Of a stretch of 64,000 nt of DNA, positions 1-8,472 are shown in pieces. The stretch spans positions 990 to 64,989 of the forward strand of contig SYGV01000079.1 in NCBI GenBank assembly GCA_005799365.1, written 5' to 3'. A program made the position numbers and the translations under genes. This stretch comes from Nitrospiraceae bacterium. Its GTDB lineage: Bacteria; Nitrospirota; Nitrospiria; Nitrospirales; Nitrospiraceae. The notes below the pieces were generated by a model. The model saw nothing but the letters and a program-made list of their open reading frames with translations. It ran no database searches and was not told the DNA's origin. Numbering within the stretch: position 1 is the first letter of the stretch; each line of letters starts with the position of its first letter.

Positions 1-1
1 G

Positions 2-820
2 GCGGCGCCGGCCACGCCGGGGCCGAATTGGATCAACTGGAACCAGGCCAACAACCTGCTTCTTGTCCTGCTGTTCGGCGCAGTGCTCTTCGCCTCAATC
101 CAGGCGGCCAAGAAACGGGAGATCTTCCTCCGGCGGATCGCCGGGCTGGATGCGGTGGACGAGGCGATCGGGCGGGCCACGGAGCTGGGCAAACCGATCC
201 TCTATCTCACCGGCGCCGGCGATATGAGTGAACCTTCCACGATCGCCGCCGCCGTGATCCTCGGCCGCGTGGCCAAACGCGTCGCCGCCTATGAAACGGA
301 CCTCATGGTGCCGCACCGGGACCCGATCGTCATGGCCGTCTGTCAGGAGATCACCAAGCAATCCTATCTGGAGGCGGGCAAGCCAGATGCCTTCAAGGAA
401 GACTCAAACTTCTTCATCACGACCGACCAGTTCAGCTACACGGCCGCCGTGGACGGGATCATGTTGCGCCGCAAGCCAGCCGCCAACTTCTTCATGGGCT
501 CCTACTTCGCCGAGTCGCTGCTGCTGACCGAGACCGGCGCGAGCACCGGCGCGATCCAGATCGCCGGCACCGACTCAGATCATCAGTTGCCCTTCTTCGT
601 GACGACCTGCGACTATACGCTGATCGGGGAGGAGCTCTACGCGGCCAGCGCCTACCTGTCGCGCGAACCGGTCCAGGTGGGCACGTTACGCGGGCAGGAC
701 ATCGGCAAGGGCATCATCCTCTGCGTGCTGGGAATCGGGACGATCCTGGCGACCAGCGGCATCCTGTTCGGGACGGAGTTTCAAACGCTGTTTCTCGATT
801 TCTTCAGGGACGTGAAATGA
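2..820 (+). CDS. Membrane-anchored protein of unknown function, 5' end cut by the window edge (gene 1 of a 4-gene membrane module)
   Basis: The frame is open from position 2. There is a hydrophobic segment (LLLVLLFGAVLFASI), a soluble region of about 190 aa and a C-terminal TM (GIILCVLGIGTILATSGILFG). The stop TGA 818-820 overlaps the next ATG (ATGA). No family recognised by eye. Confidence 0.7.
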   Translation, partial: AAPATPGPNWINWNQANNLLLVLLFGAVLFASIQAAKKREIFLRRIAGLDAVDEAIGRATELGKPILYLTGAGDMSEPSTIAAAVILGRVAKRVAAYETDLMVPHRDPIVMAVCQEITKQSYLEAGKPDAFKEDSNFFITTDQFSYTAAVDGIMLRRKPAANFFMGSYFAESLLLTETGASTGAIQIAGTDSDHQLPFFVTTCDYTLIGEELYAASAYLSREPVQVGTLRGQDIGKGIILCVLGIGTILATSGILFGTEFQTLFLDFFRDVK

Positions 821-1467
821 TCTTCTTCCGCCGCCAACTGCCCCTGCTCATCACGCTCGTGACGGGCATCGTCTTTGCGGCCCAGTACTACGTGCCGCAT
901 CCGGCCTCCGAGGAGATGCTGACCACCGTCACCAAGTGGCTCCAAATCATCGGCGGCTTCGCGCTCGTGCTGGGCGTGACCAGCCTCTTCCAGATCCATG
1001 CGGTCAAGATCCGCCGTAAGGAACCGGGCTGGGGCTACAGCTTCATCCTCTACGCAGCCATGCTCGGCACCATCGCGGTCGGGCTCTGGCTGGGTGGGAA
1101 GGAAACGGTCAACGGCACCATGACCGCCTTCGGCTGGATCTACAACTTCATGATGGTCCCACTCCAGGGCACCATGTTCGCCATCCTGGCTTTTTTTATC
1201 GCCTCGGCCGCCTACCGGTCGTTCCGGGCCAGGAGCCGCGAAGCGGCGGTGCTCCTGATCGCCGCCATCATCGTGATGATGGGCCGGGTGCCGCTGGGGG
1301 AGTATCTGGTGCCGATCAGCGGGGACATCACGCAGTGGATTTTGAACGTGCTCAACGCCTCGGTGCGGCGCGCGATCCTGATCGGGGTCAGCCTGGGCGC
1401 CGTCGCCCTGTCGCTCAAGATCATCTTCGGGGTCGAGCGCGCGTATTTAGGGGGCGGCAAAGAGTAA
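817..1467 (+). CDS. Polytopic inner-membrane protein, unknown function (gene 2 of the module)
   Basis: 216 aa with about 6 hydrophobic helices. ATG 817 overlaps the upstream stop. Competing antisense ORFs are Arg/Pro-rich, typical of GC-rich noise. Confidence 0.75.
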   Translation: MIFFRRQLPLLITLVTGIVFAAQYYVPHPASEEMLTTVTKWLQIIGGFALVLGVTSLFQIHAVKIRRKEPGWGYSFILYAAMLGTIAVGLWLGGKETVNGTMTAFGWIYNFMMVPLQGTMFAILAFFIASAAYRSFRARSREAAVLLIAAIIVMMGRVPLGEYLVPISGDITQWILNVLNASVRRAILIGVSLGAVALSLKIIFGVERAYLGGGKE

Positions 1468-1533
1468 TGCAAAACGAAAAAGGTCAAATGAAAAACCTGG
1501 TCACTCATTTTGCATTCAGCATTTTTCATTGCG
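1466..1533. repeat. Intergenic stutter-word inverted repeat (AATGCAAAA / AATGAAAAA ... TTTTGCAT / TTTTTCATT)
   Basis: AT-rich 68-bp spacer between gene 2 stop and gene 3 start. The words TGCAAAA (1468) and AATGAAAAA (1488) recur as reverse complements TTTTGCA (1508) and TTTTTCATT (1522). Confidence 0.6.
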
Positions 1534-1543
1534 AGGTCACGCG

Positions 1544-2392
1544 GTGACCTTCGCCGAACGCATGTTGAAAATCGACCGCCGGATCATCTTCGCCGTGATC
1601 GGGCTCTGCACGCTTCTGCCCTTGCTTTACCCGGTGGGGCTGGCCATCCGGATTTCCCCGGAAGTGAAGGCCGTGCACGACTACATCGAATCCCTGCCGG
1701 AAGGCTCGGTCTTCCTCCTGTCGCTGGACTTCGACCCGGCTTCCAAGCCGGAGCTCTATCCGCAGGCCGTGGCCCTGCTCCGCCACGCGTTCACGCACAA
1801 CCTGCGCGTGATCGGGATGACCCTCTGGCTGCCCGGCACGGGCATGGCCAACGAGGTCATTACGAGAATCGCGGAGGAACAGGGCAAGGTTAACGGCAAG
1901 GACTATGTGTTCCTGGGCTGGAGCCCCGGCGGCAGCTCCGTCATCATCAACATGGGGCAGGACCTCTACAAAGCGTTCCCGACCGATTACGGCAACCAGC
2001 CGACCAAAGGCCTGGCGGTCCTGAACGGCGTCCAAAACCTCCGCGACGTGAGCTATGTGGTGAGTCTGGCGGCGGGCACGACGGGGATCGAAACCTGGTA
2101 CGTGTTCGGCAAAGACAAGTACAAGTTCGAGCTGGGGGGAGGGTGCACCGGGGTGATCGCGCCGGGGCTCTATCCGCTCCTGCGCAGCGGCCAGATCAAC
2201 GGCCTGATCGGCGGCTTGCGCGGCGCGGCGGAATATGAAGTCCTGATCGGCCAGAAGGGCAGGGCCGTCGCCGGCATGGACGCCCAGTCCGTCACGCACT
2301 TTGCGATCATCATCCTGGTGATCCTCTGCAACGTCTTCTATCTGTCCATCCGGAGGGCGAAACAGAGCCAGGGACAGGGGAGTCACTCCTAA
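1544..2392 (+). CDS. Bitopic membrane protein with large soluble domain, unknown function (gene 3 of the module)
   Basis: GTG 1544 is preceded by GAGG (1533-1536). N-terminal TM (IIFAVIGLCTLLPLLYPVGL), a soluble domain of about 220 aa and a C-terminal TM (HFAIIILVILCNVFYL). TTG 1529 or ATG 1562 are alternative starts. Confidence 0.7.
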   Translation: MTFAERMLKIDRRIIFAVIGLCTLLPLLYPVGLAIRISPEVKAVHDYIESLPEGSVFLLSLDFDPASKPELYPQAVALLRHAFTHNLRVIGMTLWLPGTGMANEVITRIAEEQGKVNGKDYVFLGWSPGGSSVIINMGQDLYKAFPTDYGNQPTKGLAVLNGVQNLRDVSYVVSLAAGTTGIETWYVFGKDKYKFELGGGCTGVIAPGLYPLLRSGQINGLIGGLRGAAEYEVLIGQKGRAVAGMDAQSVTHFAIIILVILCNVFYLSIRRAKQSQGQGSHS

Positions 2393-3145
2393 ATGTCGCT
2401 TGAACTGCTATTAGGCGCCTGGGTCGCCACGGGCCTGACCCTCTTCATCTTTACGTTCCTCTACGAGGACAACCCTCTGTTCAAGCTGGCGGAGCACCTC
2501 TATGTGGGCATCTCCGTCGGCTATGCCATCGTCAAGACCTACGATACGGTGATCATCCGCCTGATCTACGAACCCATGGTCAAACAGGGCGACTGGTCGC
2601 TGCTGATCCCCCTGGCTATCGGCATGCTCATGCTGGCCCGGTATGTTCCCAAAGCCACCTGGATGTCCCGCATCGCCTTCGCCTTCATCGTCGGGGTCGG
2701 GTCCGGCCTGGCCATTCCCCGGGTCGTCTCATCCTTCATCCTCAAGCAGGTCGAGGACACGGTGCGCCCGCTGGCCTCCATGGTCCAGGGAAACCCGACC
2801 TTCTCGTTCAGCCTGGCCGATCCGTCCAGCAATCTGAACGCGATCATCCTGCTGGTCGGGGTGGTCTCCGTGCTCTTTTATTTCTTCTTTTCGATCGAGC
2901 ACAAGGGGCCGGTGCAGGTCGCGGCCAGAACCGGCATCCTCTTCTTGATGATCGCCTTCGGCGCGGCCTTCGGCTACACGGTCATGGCCCGCATGTCCCT
3001 GCTCATCGGCCGGCTGACCGATCTCATCGAATATACCGAGCCCCGCTACGGCCGGCCCTCCCTCTGGCTGGCCGCCGTCACGGTCCTCGGCCTGCTCCTG
3101 TGGAGCATGAAGCGTAGGCCACAGACGGAGCCCACGGAGGAATAA
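2393..3145 (+). CDS. Polytopic inner-membrane protein, unknown function (gene 4 of the module)
   Basis: 250 aa with about 7 hydrophobic helices. The ATG directly abuts the stop of gene 3 (TAA 2390-2392). Confidence 0.75.
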   Translation: MSLELLLGAWVATGLTLFIFTFLYEDNPLFKLAEHLYVGISVGYAIVKTYDTVIIRLIYEPMVKQGDWSLLIPLAIGMLMLARYVPKATWMSRIAFAFIVGVGSGLAIPRVVSSFILKQVEDTVRPLASMVQGNPTFSFSLADPSSNLNAIILLVGVVSVLFYFFFSIEHKGPVQVAARTGILFLMIAFGAAFGYTVMARMSLLIGRLTDLIEYTEPRYGRPSLWLAAVTVLGLLLWSMKRRPQTEPTEE

Positions 3146-3228
3146 ACCGGTCCTAAACGGTTGCAGAGGGCGCCCGGCCTCAGGTACCATCTCCCACGTA
3201 TCGCCCCATAACAAAGGACACCAGCAGC

Positions 3229-4491
3229 ATGACCGAGGCCATACAAGACACTCCCAAAGACCCAGCCAAGTTCCCGCTCTTGCGGAACCTCCAGTTTTCG
3301 CCGATTAAGGAGAAGGAAGAGCAGTACATGGTCCTCTGGGACCCGAGCGGGCTCAGCCAGGAGAAACTGGTCTTGCCGGTCCATTATTTTTTCATCATCC
3401 AGCACCTCGACGGCGAACATTCCCTCGAACAGATCGGCGCCGCCTACTTGAAGCGCTTCGGCGAATTCTTCATGCCGGACCGGCTGCAGCGGCTCATCGG
3501 GGACCTGGACGAGAAGCTCTTTCTGGAAGGGGAGAGGGTCCAGGCGGCCAAGCGTGCCGCCCAGGCGGACTATCGCAAGGCACCGGTCAGGCAGGCCATG
3601 TTTTCAGGCAAGAGTTACGAAACTGACGGAGTTAAACTCAAAGGGCAGCTTGATGGATTCTTTACGTCCAAAGAGGGGCCTGACTTCAAGCCGTCCGAGA
3701 ACAAGGACAAGAAGATCAAGGGACTGCTGGCCCCCCATTATGAGCTGCGCCAGGCTGGCCCCATCTACGCCTGGGCCTATAAGGAACTGCAGGAGGCGGA
3801 GGCGCCCAGCCTCTTCGTCGTCCTGGGGACCAGCACCGCCGGCCTGCACCGTCCCTTTGCCGTCACCGACAAGGACTTCGAGACCCCGCTCGGGGTCGTG
3901 CCGGTGGATCGGGACCTGGTCACGCGATTCAAGAAGCTGGGAGGGGCGCCCTTCTTCGACGAAGACCTCAGCCACCGCAACGAACATACGATCGAGTTCC
4001 AACTCCCGTTTCTCCAACAGGCCATGGCAGGCAAGTCTCCATTTACGATCCTGCCGGTGCTCTGTTCGTTCCCACCCACCTGCATGGTGGACCCGGAAAT
4101 GAAGAACATAGCCGGACAGGTCGAAACCTTCATCGGTATCCTGAAGCAGGCCTTGTCTGAATCGGGACGGGATTACTGCCTGATCGGCAGCGCGGAGCTG
4201 GCCCACCTCGGCATGAGGTATGGAGACCCGTCCCCGCCGACGGACTTCTCCTTCCACCGCTGCATGCAGACGGACTTGGAGATGCTCAAGCCGGTGGAGG
4301 AATTGAACCCTGCCTCCTTCGCCTCGTTCATCCAGAAGGAAGGAGACCAGCGCCGCATCTCCGGCTTCGCGACGATCTACACGCTCTTGCGGCTGATCCA
4401 GGCGGAAAAGGGAACCGTGTTGCGCTACGACCGGGGCATCACAGACCAGTACAATTCGACGGTGACGTACGCCAGCATGGCCTTTTTCTAG
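3229..4491 (+). CDS. Memo-like protein (AmmeMemoRadiSam system protein B / UPF0103 family) with an N-terminal extension of about 170 aa
   Basis: The C-terminal ~270 aa show Memo-type motifs (GLLAPHYELRQAGPIYAWAY, VVLGTSTAG, FETPLGVVPVD, NEHTIEFQLPFLQ, GSAELAHLG). Residues 15-101 follow a PqqD/RRE-like pattern. Confidence 0.8.
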   Translation: MTEAIQDTPKDPAKFPLLRNLQFSPIKEKEEQYMVLWDPSGLSQEKLVLPVHYFFIIQHLDGEHSLEQIGAAYLKRFGEFFMPDRLQRLIGDLDEKLFLEGERVQAAKRAAQADYRKAPVRQAMFSGKSYETDGVKLKGQLDGFFTSKEGPDFKPSENKDKKIKGLLAPHYELRQAGPIYAWAYKELQEAEAPSLFVVLGTSTAGLHRPFAVTDKDFETPLGVVPVDRDLVTRFKKLGGAPFFDEDLSHRNEHTIEFQLPFLQQAMAGKSPFTILPVLCSFPPTCMVDPEMKNIAGQVETFIGILKQALSESGRDYCLIGSAELAHLGMRYGDPSPPTDFSFHRCMQTDLEMLKPVEELNPASFASFIQKEGDQRRISGFATIYTLLRLIQAEKGTVLRYDRGITDQYNSTVTYASMAFF

Positions 4492-4502
4492 CACGAAGAG
4501 CG

Positions 4503-4523
4503 AATGGCTGATGGCTGATAGCC
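4503..4523. repeat. Short stutter-word element (AATGGCTGATGGCTGATAGCC)
   Basis: Tandem TGGCTGA x2 ending in the mini-palindrome GGCTGATAGCC. The same words occur in the large element at 43630-43775. Confidence 0.5.
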
Positions 4524-4551
4524 TGAAGTTTCGTCTAGAAAGGCCGCTACG

Positions 4552-4836
4552 ATGCGCATGCACAGCCCGCCTCACCCTGGGGCCATCATCAAAGCTCTTT
4601 GCCTGGAACCGCTCGGTGTGGGTGCCACACAAGCAGCCCAGGCGTTGGGAGTCAGCCGCAAGACCCTATCCGCCATTCTGAACGGCCGTGCTGGCATCAG
4701 CCCGGAGATGGCCGTCCGCCTGTCCATTGCATTCGATACGTCGGCGGAAAGCTGGCTTAATCAGCAGACCCAGTACGACCTGTGGCACGCCGAGCAGCGT
4801 CGCAAACAGCTTCGCGTCGCCAAACTCGCCGTATGA
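4552..4836 (+). CDS. higA: HigA-family antitoxin / XRE-type HTH protein (no cognate toxin gene adjacent)
   Basis: 94 aa. The HTH core ([34 protein letters not shown]) and the length are typical of HigA/VapI antidote proteins. No HigB-like ORF flanks it. Confidence 0.8.
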   Translation: MRMHSPPHPGAIIKALCLEPLGVGATQAAQALGVSRKTLSAILNGRAGISPEMAVRLSIAFDTSAESWLNQQTQYDLWHAEQRRKQLRVAKLAV

Positions 4837-4973
4837 CGAGGCAGCCCCCCTATGTCACCCAGGGGATCGTCAATCAATAGTGGGTGCGAACCTGGAACAG
4901 GGTGGTGGGGAAGGACGCGGCCGACCCGCTGCTGACGGAGCCAGTATCCGGTCCAGCCGGCTGTTGCCCTGAT

Positions 4974-5005
4974 AAAAAAGGGGGCCGGCTGCGCAGCCGG
5001 CCCCC
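4974..5005 (-). terminator. Rho-independent terminator of the beta-propeller gene
   Basis: GGGGGCCGGC (4980-4989) pairs with GCCGGCCCCC (4996-5005) across a 6-nt loop. On the minus strand the stem is followed by UUUUUU (4974-4979), 24 nt after the stop at 5029. Confidence 0.8.
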
Positions 5006-5028
5006 TTGCGTACGCAGGATGTGCCCCG

Positions 5029-6318
5029 CTATTTTCTCACGGCAATCCCGTGGGTATCGGCCGTTTCCTTCCCGTCCTTCATGTTCGAGATCCGCGCTAC
5101 GCCCACGAACTCTCCGCCCCTACCTCCGACAATGACCTTGATCACGCCGACGCCCGGCGTCGAGCCCTTGGCATTGTTGACCGCCTTGTCGTTGCCCGTG
5201 AGGGGGCTGGGGCCGCGGGTGCCGGCGAACACGTACTGGCCGTCCGGCGAGACATCGAGCAGGTCCGGCGCCGGATCGTCACTGACCGGACCGGCGAGGT
5301 TCACCGCCCCGACGTTCAGGTTCGTAACCGTGTCGATGACCTCGATATTATTGCCTGCCCGATCCGCGCTCCACAGGTAGCGGCCCACCGTAGCCATTCC
5401 GTGCGAGTCCGCGAAGGTATCATCCCTCGTGCTGACCAACTTGGCCGAGACGGACTTGGGCAGGCCGGACATGTCCAACGCGTAGACGTCGTAGGCCAGC
5501 GAGGCCGAGTTGGGGAACTTGTCGGCCGGCCAGCCGCCGCCCGCATTGATGTACAGGGTGTCGCCCACCTGGATGCCGCCGCAGCCGGCCGGGTGGACCT
5601 GACGATTATTGAGGCTGGCCACGATCTTCATCGGGGTTTCCGTCACGTCCGCGACGAACAGACCGCCGCCCCGCAGGGTGATGAAGGCGTATCGGCTCGA
5701 CCCATCGGTGACCGGGCAGACCGGCGCGTTGTCCGGCCGTTCACCGCTTTCCAGAGGGCCCAGCTTCAGCACATCCTTCTCCGGGTCGAAGCCGAACTTA
5801 TGCGCCTCATAGTCGGTCCAAATACGAATCATGGTCTTGTCGGCCATGTTGGCGGCCAGGGCCATCTTTTGGTCCGGCGTGGGCCAGGCCGCGTGGACAT
5901 TCTTGCCCATGGACAAACAGGCTTCCGGCTTCTTGGTCGCGGCGTCCATGAACAGGACGTGCCCGCTCAGGAACGACAGGATCGCGTGGGATTGGTCTTT
6001 GGTGAAGAACAGCATGTGCGGACGGCGCACGGCCTTCTTGGTGGCCGCCTCACAGAGGGTGTTGACCTCGCCGCCGAGGTCCATCGTGACGGTGGGCTTG
6101 GCCCCAGATGGGTTGGCCGCCAACTGCGCCCCGTCATACACGTACAGAAACCCGCCGCTCTCCTTGGCTGTATCGCTCTGGTCCATGAGCCAAACTTCAT
6201 AGGCCGTTGCGGGAGAGGCGAACAAACCAGTTACGCCGAAGACCGCGAGCAGGGCCAGCAGCAGGACGAACCGGACATCCCTCGAAGCCGACCGGTCTAT
6301 GATTGAGCGGTTTTGCAT
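5029..6318 (-). CDS. Secreted beta-propeller-like protein, unknown function
   Basis: ATG 6318 is preceded by AAGGAGG (complement of 6325-6331) and gives a signal peptide (RFVLLLALLAVFGVTGLFASPATA). Repeated motifs (DVSPDGQYVFAGTRG, GRYLWSADRAGNNIEVID) suggest propeller blades. The longer ORF-track start at 6495 is rejected. Confidence 0.75.
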   Translation of the reverse strand: MQNRSIIDRSASRDVRFVLLLALLAVFGVTGLFASPATAYEVWLMDQSDTAKESGGFLYVYDGAQLAANPSGAKPTVTMDLGGEVNTLCEAATKKAVRRPHMLFFTKDQSHAILSFLSGHVLFMDAATKKPEACLSMGKNVHAAWPTPDQKMALAANMADKTMIRIWTDYEAHKFGFDPEKDVLKLGPLESGERPDNAPVCPVTDGSSRYAFITLRGGGLFVADVTETPMKIVASLNNRQVHPAGCGGIQVGDTLYINAGGGWPADKFPNSASLAYDVYALDMSGLPKSVSAKLVSTRDDTFADSHGMATVGRYLWSADRAGNNIEVIDTVTNLNVGAVNLAGPVSDDPAPDLLDVSPDGQYVFAGTRGPSPLTGNDKAVNNAKGSTPGVGVIKVIVGGRGGEFVGVARISNMKDGKETADTHGIAVRK

Positions 6319-6494
6319 GGCCACCCTCCTTTCGAGAACGCCCGCCCGGGGTGTTCTATCGGGATGTTGAGGTAGGACGTGAACGACCATCCCTACGAGA
6401 CCGTCTAAGGCACTGTACGGAGTCGGTTCGAAGTTTGTCAACGGGCCAGAAGGGCTGTGCAGGGGCTGGAAGTCGCGGGGCGAAGGCTCCCCCA

Positions 6495-7022
6495 TTATTC
6501 TTTAATCGTCACTGTCATCGTCACCGGCTCGAGCGGATTATCGTGTTCGTCGCGCGGCAGGGCGACGATCTTGTCGATCACGTCCAGCCCCCGGTAGACC
6601 TCGCCGAAGACCGAATAGACCCGGTCCAGCCCGCCCGCCTCGGCCGCGCAGATGAAAAACTGCGACCCATTGTCGTTGGGGTCCCTCGTGCTGTTGGTCT
6701 CGCGCGGCATCTTGGCCATGGAGAGCGCGCCGCGCTTATGGGGGTGATCGTTGGGCTCGGGGTTCAGCCAGTAACCGGGACCGCCCGTGCCGTGCAACAT
6801 CCGATCCGGCTTGCGGCTCAGCGGATCGCCCCCCTGGATGATGAAGCCGGGCACGACCCGATGGAAGGTGAGGCCGTTGTAAAATCCCATTTTGGCCAGG
6901 GAGATGAAATTCTCCACGTGCCGGGGCGCCGCATCGGTATAGAACCGGACCAGCATCTCGCCGAACTGAGTCGAGATCACCGCCCGCGGATCTTTCTTCT
7001 GGAACTGCATGGTGCCGGACAT
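6495..7022 (-). CDS. Cyclophilin-type peptidyl-prolyl cis-trans isomerase
   Basis: Motifs FHRVVPGFIIQGGDP, GALSMAK and GSQFFI. The start is ambiguous (ATG 7022, 7010 or 7085). Confidence 0.9.
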   Translation of the reverse strand: MSGTMQFQKKDPRAVISTQFGEMLVRFYTDAAPRHVENFISLAKMGFYNGLTFHRVVPGFIIQGGDPLSRKPDRMLHGTGGPGYWLNPEPNDHPHKRGALSMAKMPRETNSTRDPNDNGSQFFICAAEAGGLDRVYSVFGEVYRGLDVIDKIVALPRDEHDNPLEPVTMTVTIKE

Positions 7023-7100
7023 GGGGAGGAATCTAACAGCAGGAACAAACACTTCGCAAGGGGCGTTTTCAGGCGCGGGTTGCATCTCGTGAAGAGTTTA

Positions 7101-7160
7101 CGGTTATCAGTGGTCGGTTCTCAGTTTCCGGAACCGATAACCGAGAACTGTTGACTGAAC
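7101..7160. repeat. Stutter-word inverted repeat with TTCCGGAA core
   Basis: CGGTTATC (7101) and GTTCTC (7117) recur as GATAACCG (7136) and GAGAAC (7143) around the palindrome TTCCGGAA (7126-7133). It lies between the MFS stop and the PPIase start. Confidence 0.7.
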
Positions 7161-7182
7161 GCTCCCCTCTCATCCTTCACCA

Positions 7183-8472
7183 TCAATCACGCAGCCCGTC
7201 GCCCGGCTTCACGCCCAGCCAGAGGACGCAGCCGAGGAGCGCAACCGCGGCCGCGGCGCCAAGCGCCGCGGCCCAGCCGACTTGCTCGGCCAGCCAGGGC
7301 GTGAGGGTCGGGGAGAGGGCGCCGCCGATGTTGGCGCCGGTGTTCATGAGGCCGGAAAGGGTACCGGCATGGGGCTTGGAGAGGTCCACGGTCGAGGCCC
7401 AGTAGGCGCCGACGGAAAAATAGAGCCAGCCGGCCCCCAGCGAGAGTAACCCAAGCGCCACGAAGGGCGATTCAGTGTAAGCCCCCAAGACAATGGAGAC
7501 TGCGGCCAGCAACATGCCCAGGCTTCCCACCCAGACCCGGCCCCGATTCACCCCCAGCTTGATGCTCAGCCGGTCCGTGACCCATCCGCCGAGCGGACAG
7601 AGGACCGCAATCGCCAAAAACGGCATGGCGGCGTAGAAGGCCCCCCGCAGCAGGCCGAACCCGCGGACGTTGACCAGATAGATGTAAAACCACGAGAGAT
7701 AGACATAGGCCACATAGCCCAGGCAGGTGTAGCTCAAGACCAGCCACCAGACGGTCGGCGTCCGCGCAAAGGCCAGCCAGGGCACAGGGACGCAGGCCGG
7801 CGTCGTAACGGCGCAGGGACCGGCGATCAGGTCCATCTCAGCTTGGTTGACGTGGGGATGGTCGGAGGGCCGGTCCGTCGCGTAGACATACCAACAACCG
7901 GCGATCAACAGCCCGACGGCCCCAGCGATATAAAAGGCCGTCTGCCACCCGAAGTTCACCATGATCCAGGCGGTGAGGGGAGGGGTCAGGGCTGACCCGA
8001 CGCCCAGCCCGCCGATGGCAATACCCATCCCCAGCCCCCGCTCGGACGGAGGCAGCCAGTTCGCGACCGTCCGATTGAAGTTGGGCAGAGCCGCCGCCTC
8101 GCCGACTCCCATCAGGAAACGGACCAGGACCAGGGAACCCAGGACGCCCAGCAGGGAGGCAACCGGCAGCGTCGCGGCCACGGCGGTCAGGGCAGTGAAC
8201 GCCGACCACCAGACCAGAGCGATGGTCAGCACCAAACGGGGTCCCCAGCGGTCGCCGAGCCAGCCCCCCGGCACCTGGCCGAGGGCATAGCCGAGCACGA
8301 AGGAGGAAAAGACCTCGCCCATCTGAACCTCAGTCAACCCCAGGGCCGGCATCATCTGCCGGGCCGTGACGGAGATGTTGACGCGATCCACGTACGTGAT
8401 GACGCTGATCGCAAACAGGAGGGCGAGGATGGCCCAGCGGGTCCGGGAGGGGGCGGCGGCCGGCTCTGTCAT
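7183..8472 (-). CDS. MFS transporter (anion:cation symporter-like)
   Basis: 429 aa, about 12 TM, with the MFS signature GYALGQVPGGWLGDRWGPR between TM2 and TM3. Confidence 0.85.
   Translation of the reverse strand: MTEPAAAPSRTRWAILALLFAISVITYVDRVNISVTARQMMPALGLTEVQMGEVFSSFVLGYALGQVPGGWLGDRWGPRLVLTIALVWWSAFTALTAVAATLPVASLLGVLGSLVLVRFLMGVGEAAALPNFNRTVANWLPPSERGLGMGIAIGGLGVGSALTPPLTAWIMVNFGWQTAFYIAGAVGLLIAGCWYVYATDRPSDHPHVNQAEMDLIAGPCAVTTPACVPVPWLAFARTPTVWWLVLSYTCLGYVAYVYLSWFYIYLVNVRGFGLLRGAFYAAMPFLAIAVLCPLGGWVTDRLSIKLGVNRGRVWVGSLGMLLAAVSIVLGAYTESPFVALGLLSLGAGWLYFSVGAYWASTVDLSKPHAGTLSGLMNTGANIGGALSPTLTPWLAEQVGWAAALGAAAAVALLGCVLWLGVKPGDGLRD

Noticed and set aside
5050-6306. Long antisense ORFs opposite recognised genes: 5050..6306 (+), 16831..17778 (+), 27263..29161 (-), 35100..36986 (+), 40181..41629 (-), 10567..11502 (-), 62661..63857 (-), 47819..49078 (+).
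   Set aside because: Each lies opposite a gene with clear family motifs (beta-propeller, nirK, ppdK, acs, lipoprotein, asmA, sppA, TPP decarboxylase). Their products are Arg/Gly/Pro/His-rich, typical of open antisense frames in GC-rich DNA.
5029-6495. Longer N-terminal extensions offered by the ORF track: 5029..6495, 12058..13266, 22335..23327, 33264..34031, 34947..37001, 39497..40153, 44505..45863, 45684..46550, 54081..55667, 57941..58687.
   Set aside because: Internal starts give canonical family N-termini or signal peptides and have SD sequences. The extensions run through repeat elements, promoters or neighbouring genes.
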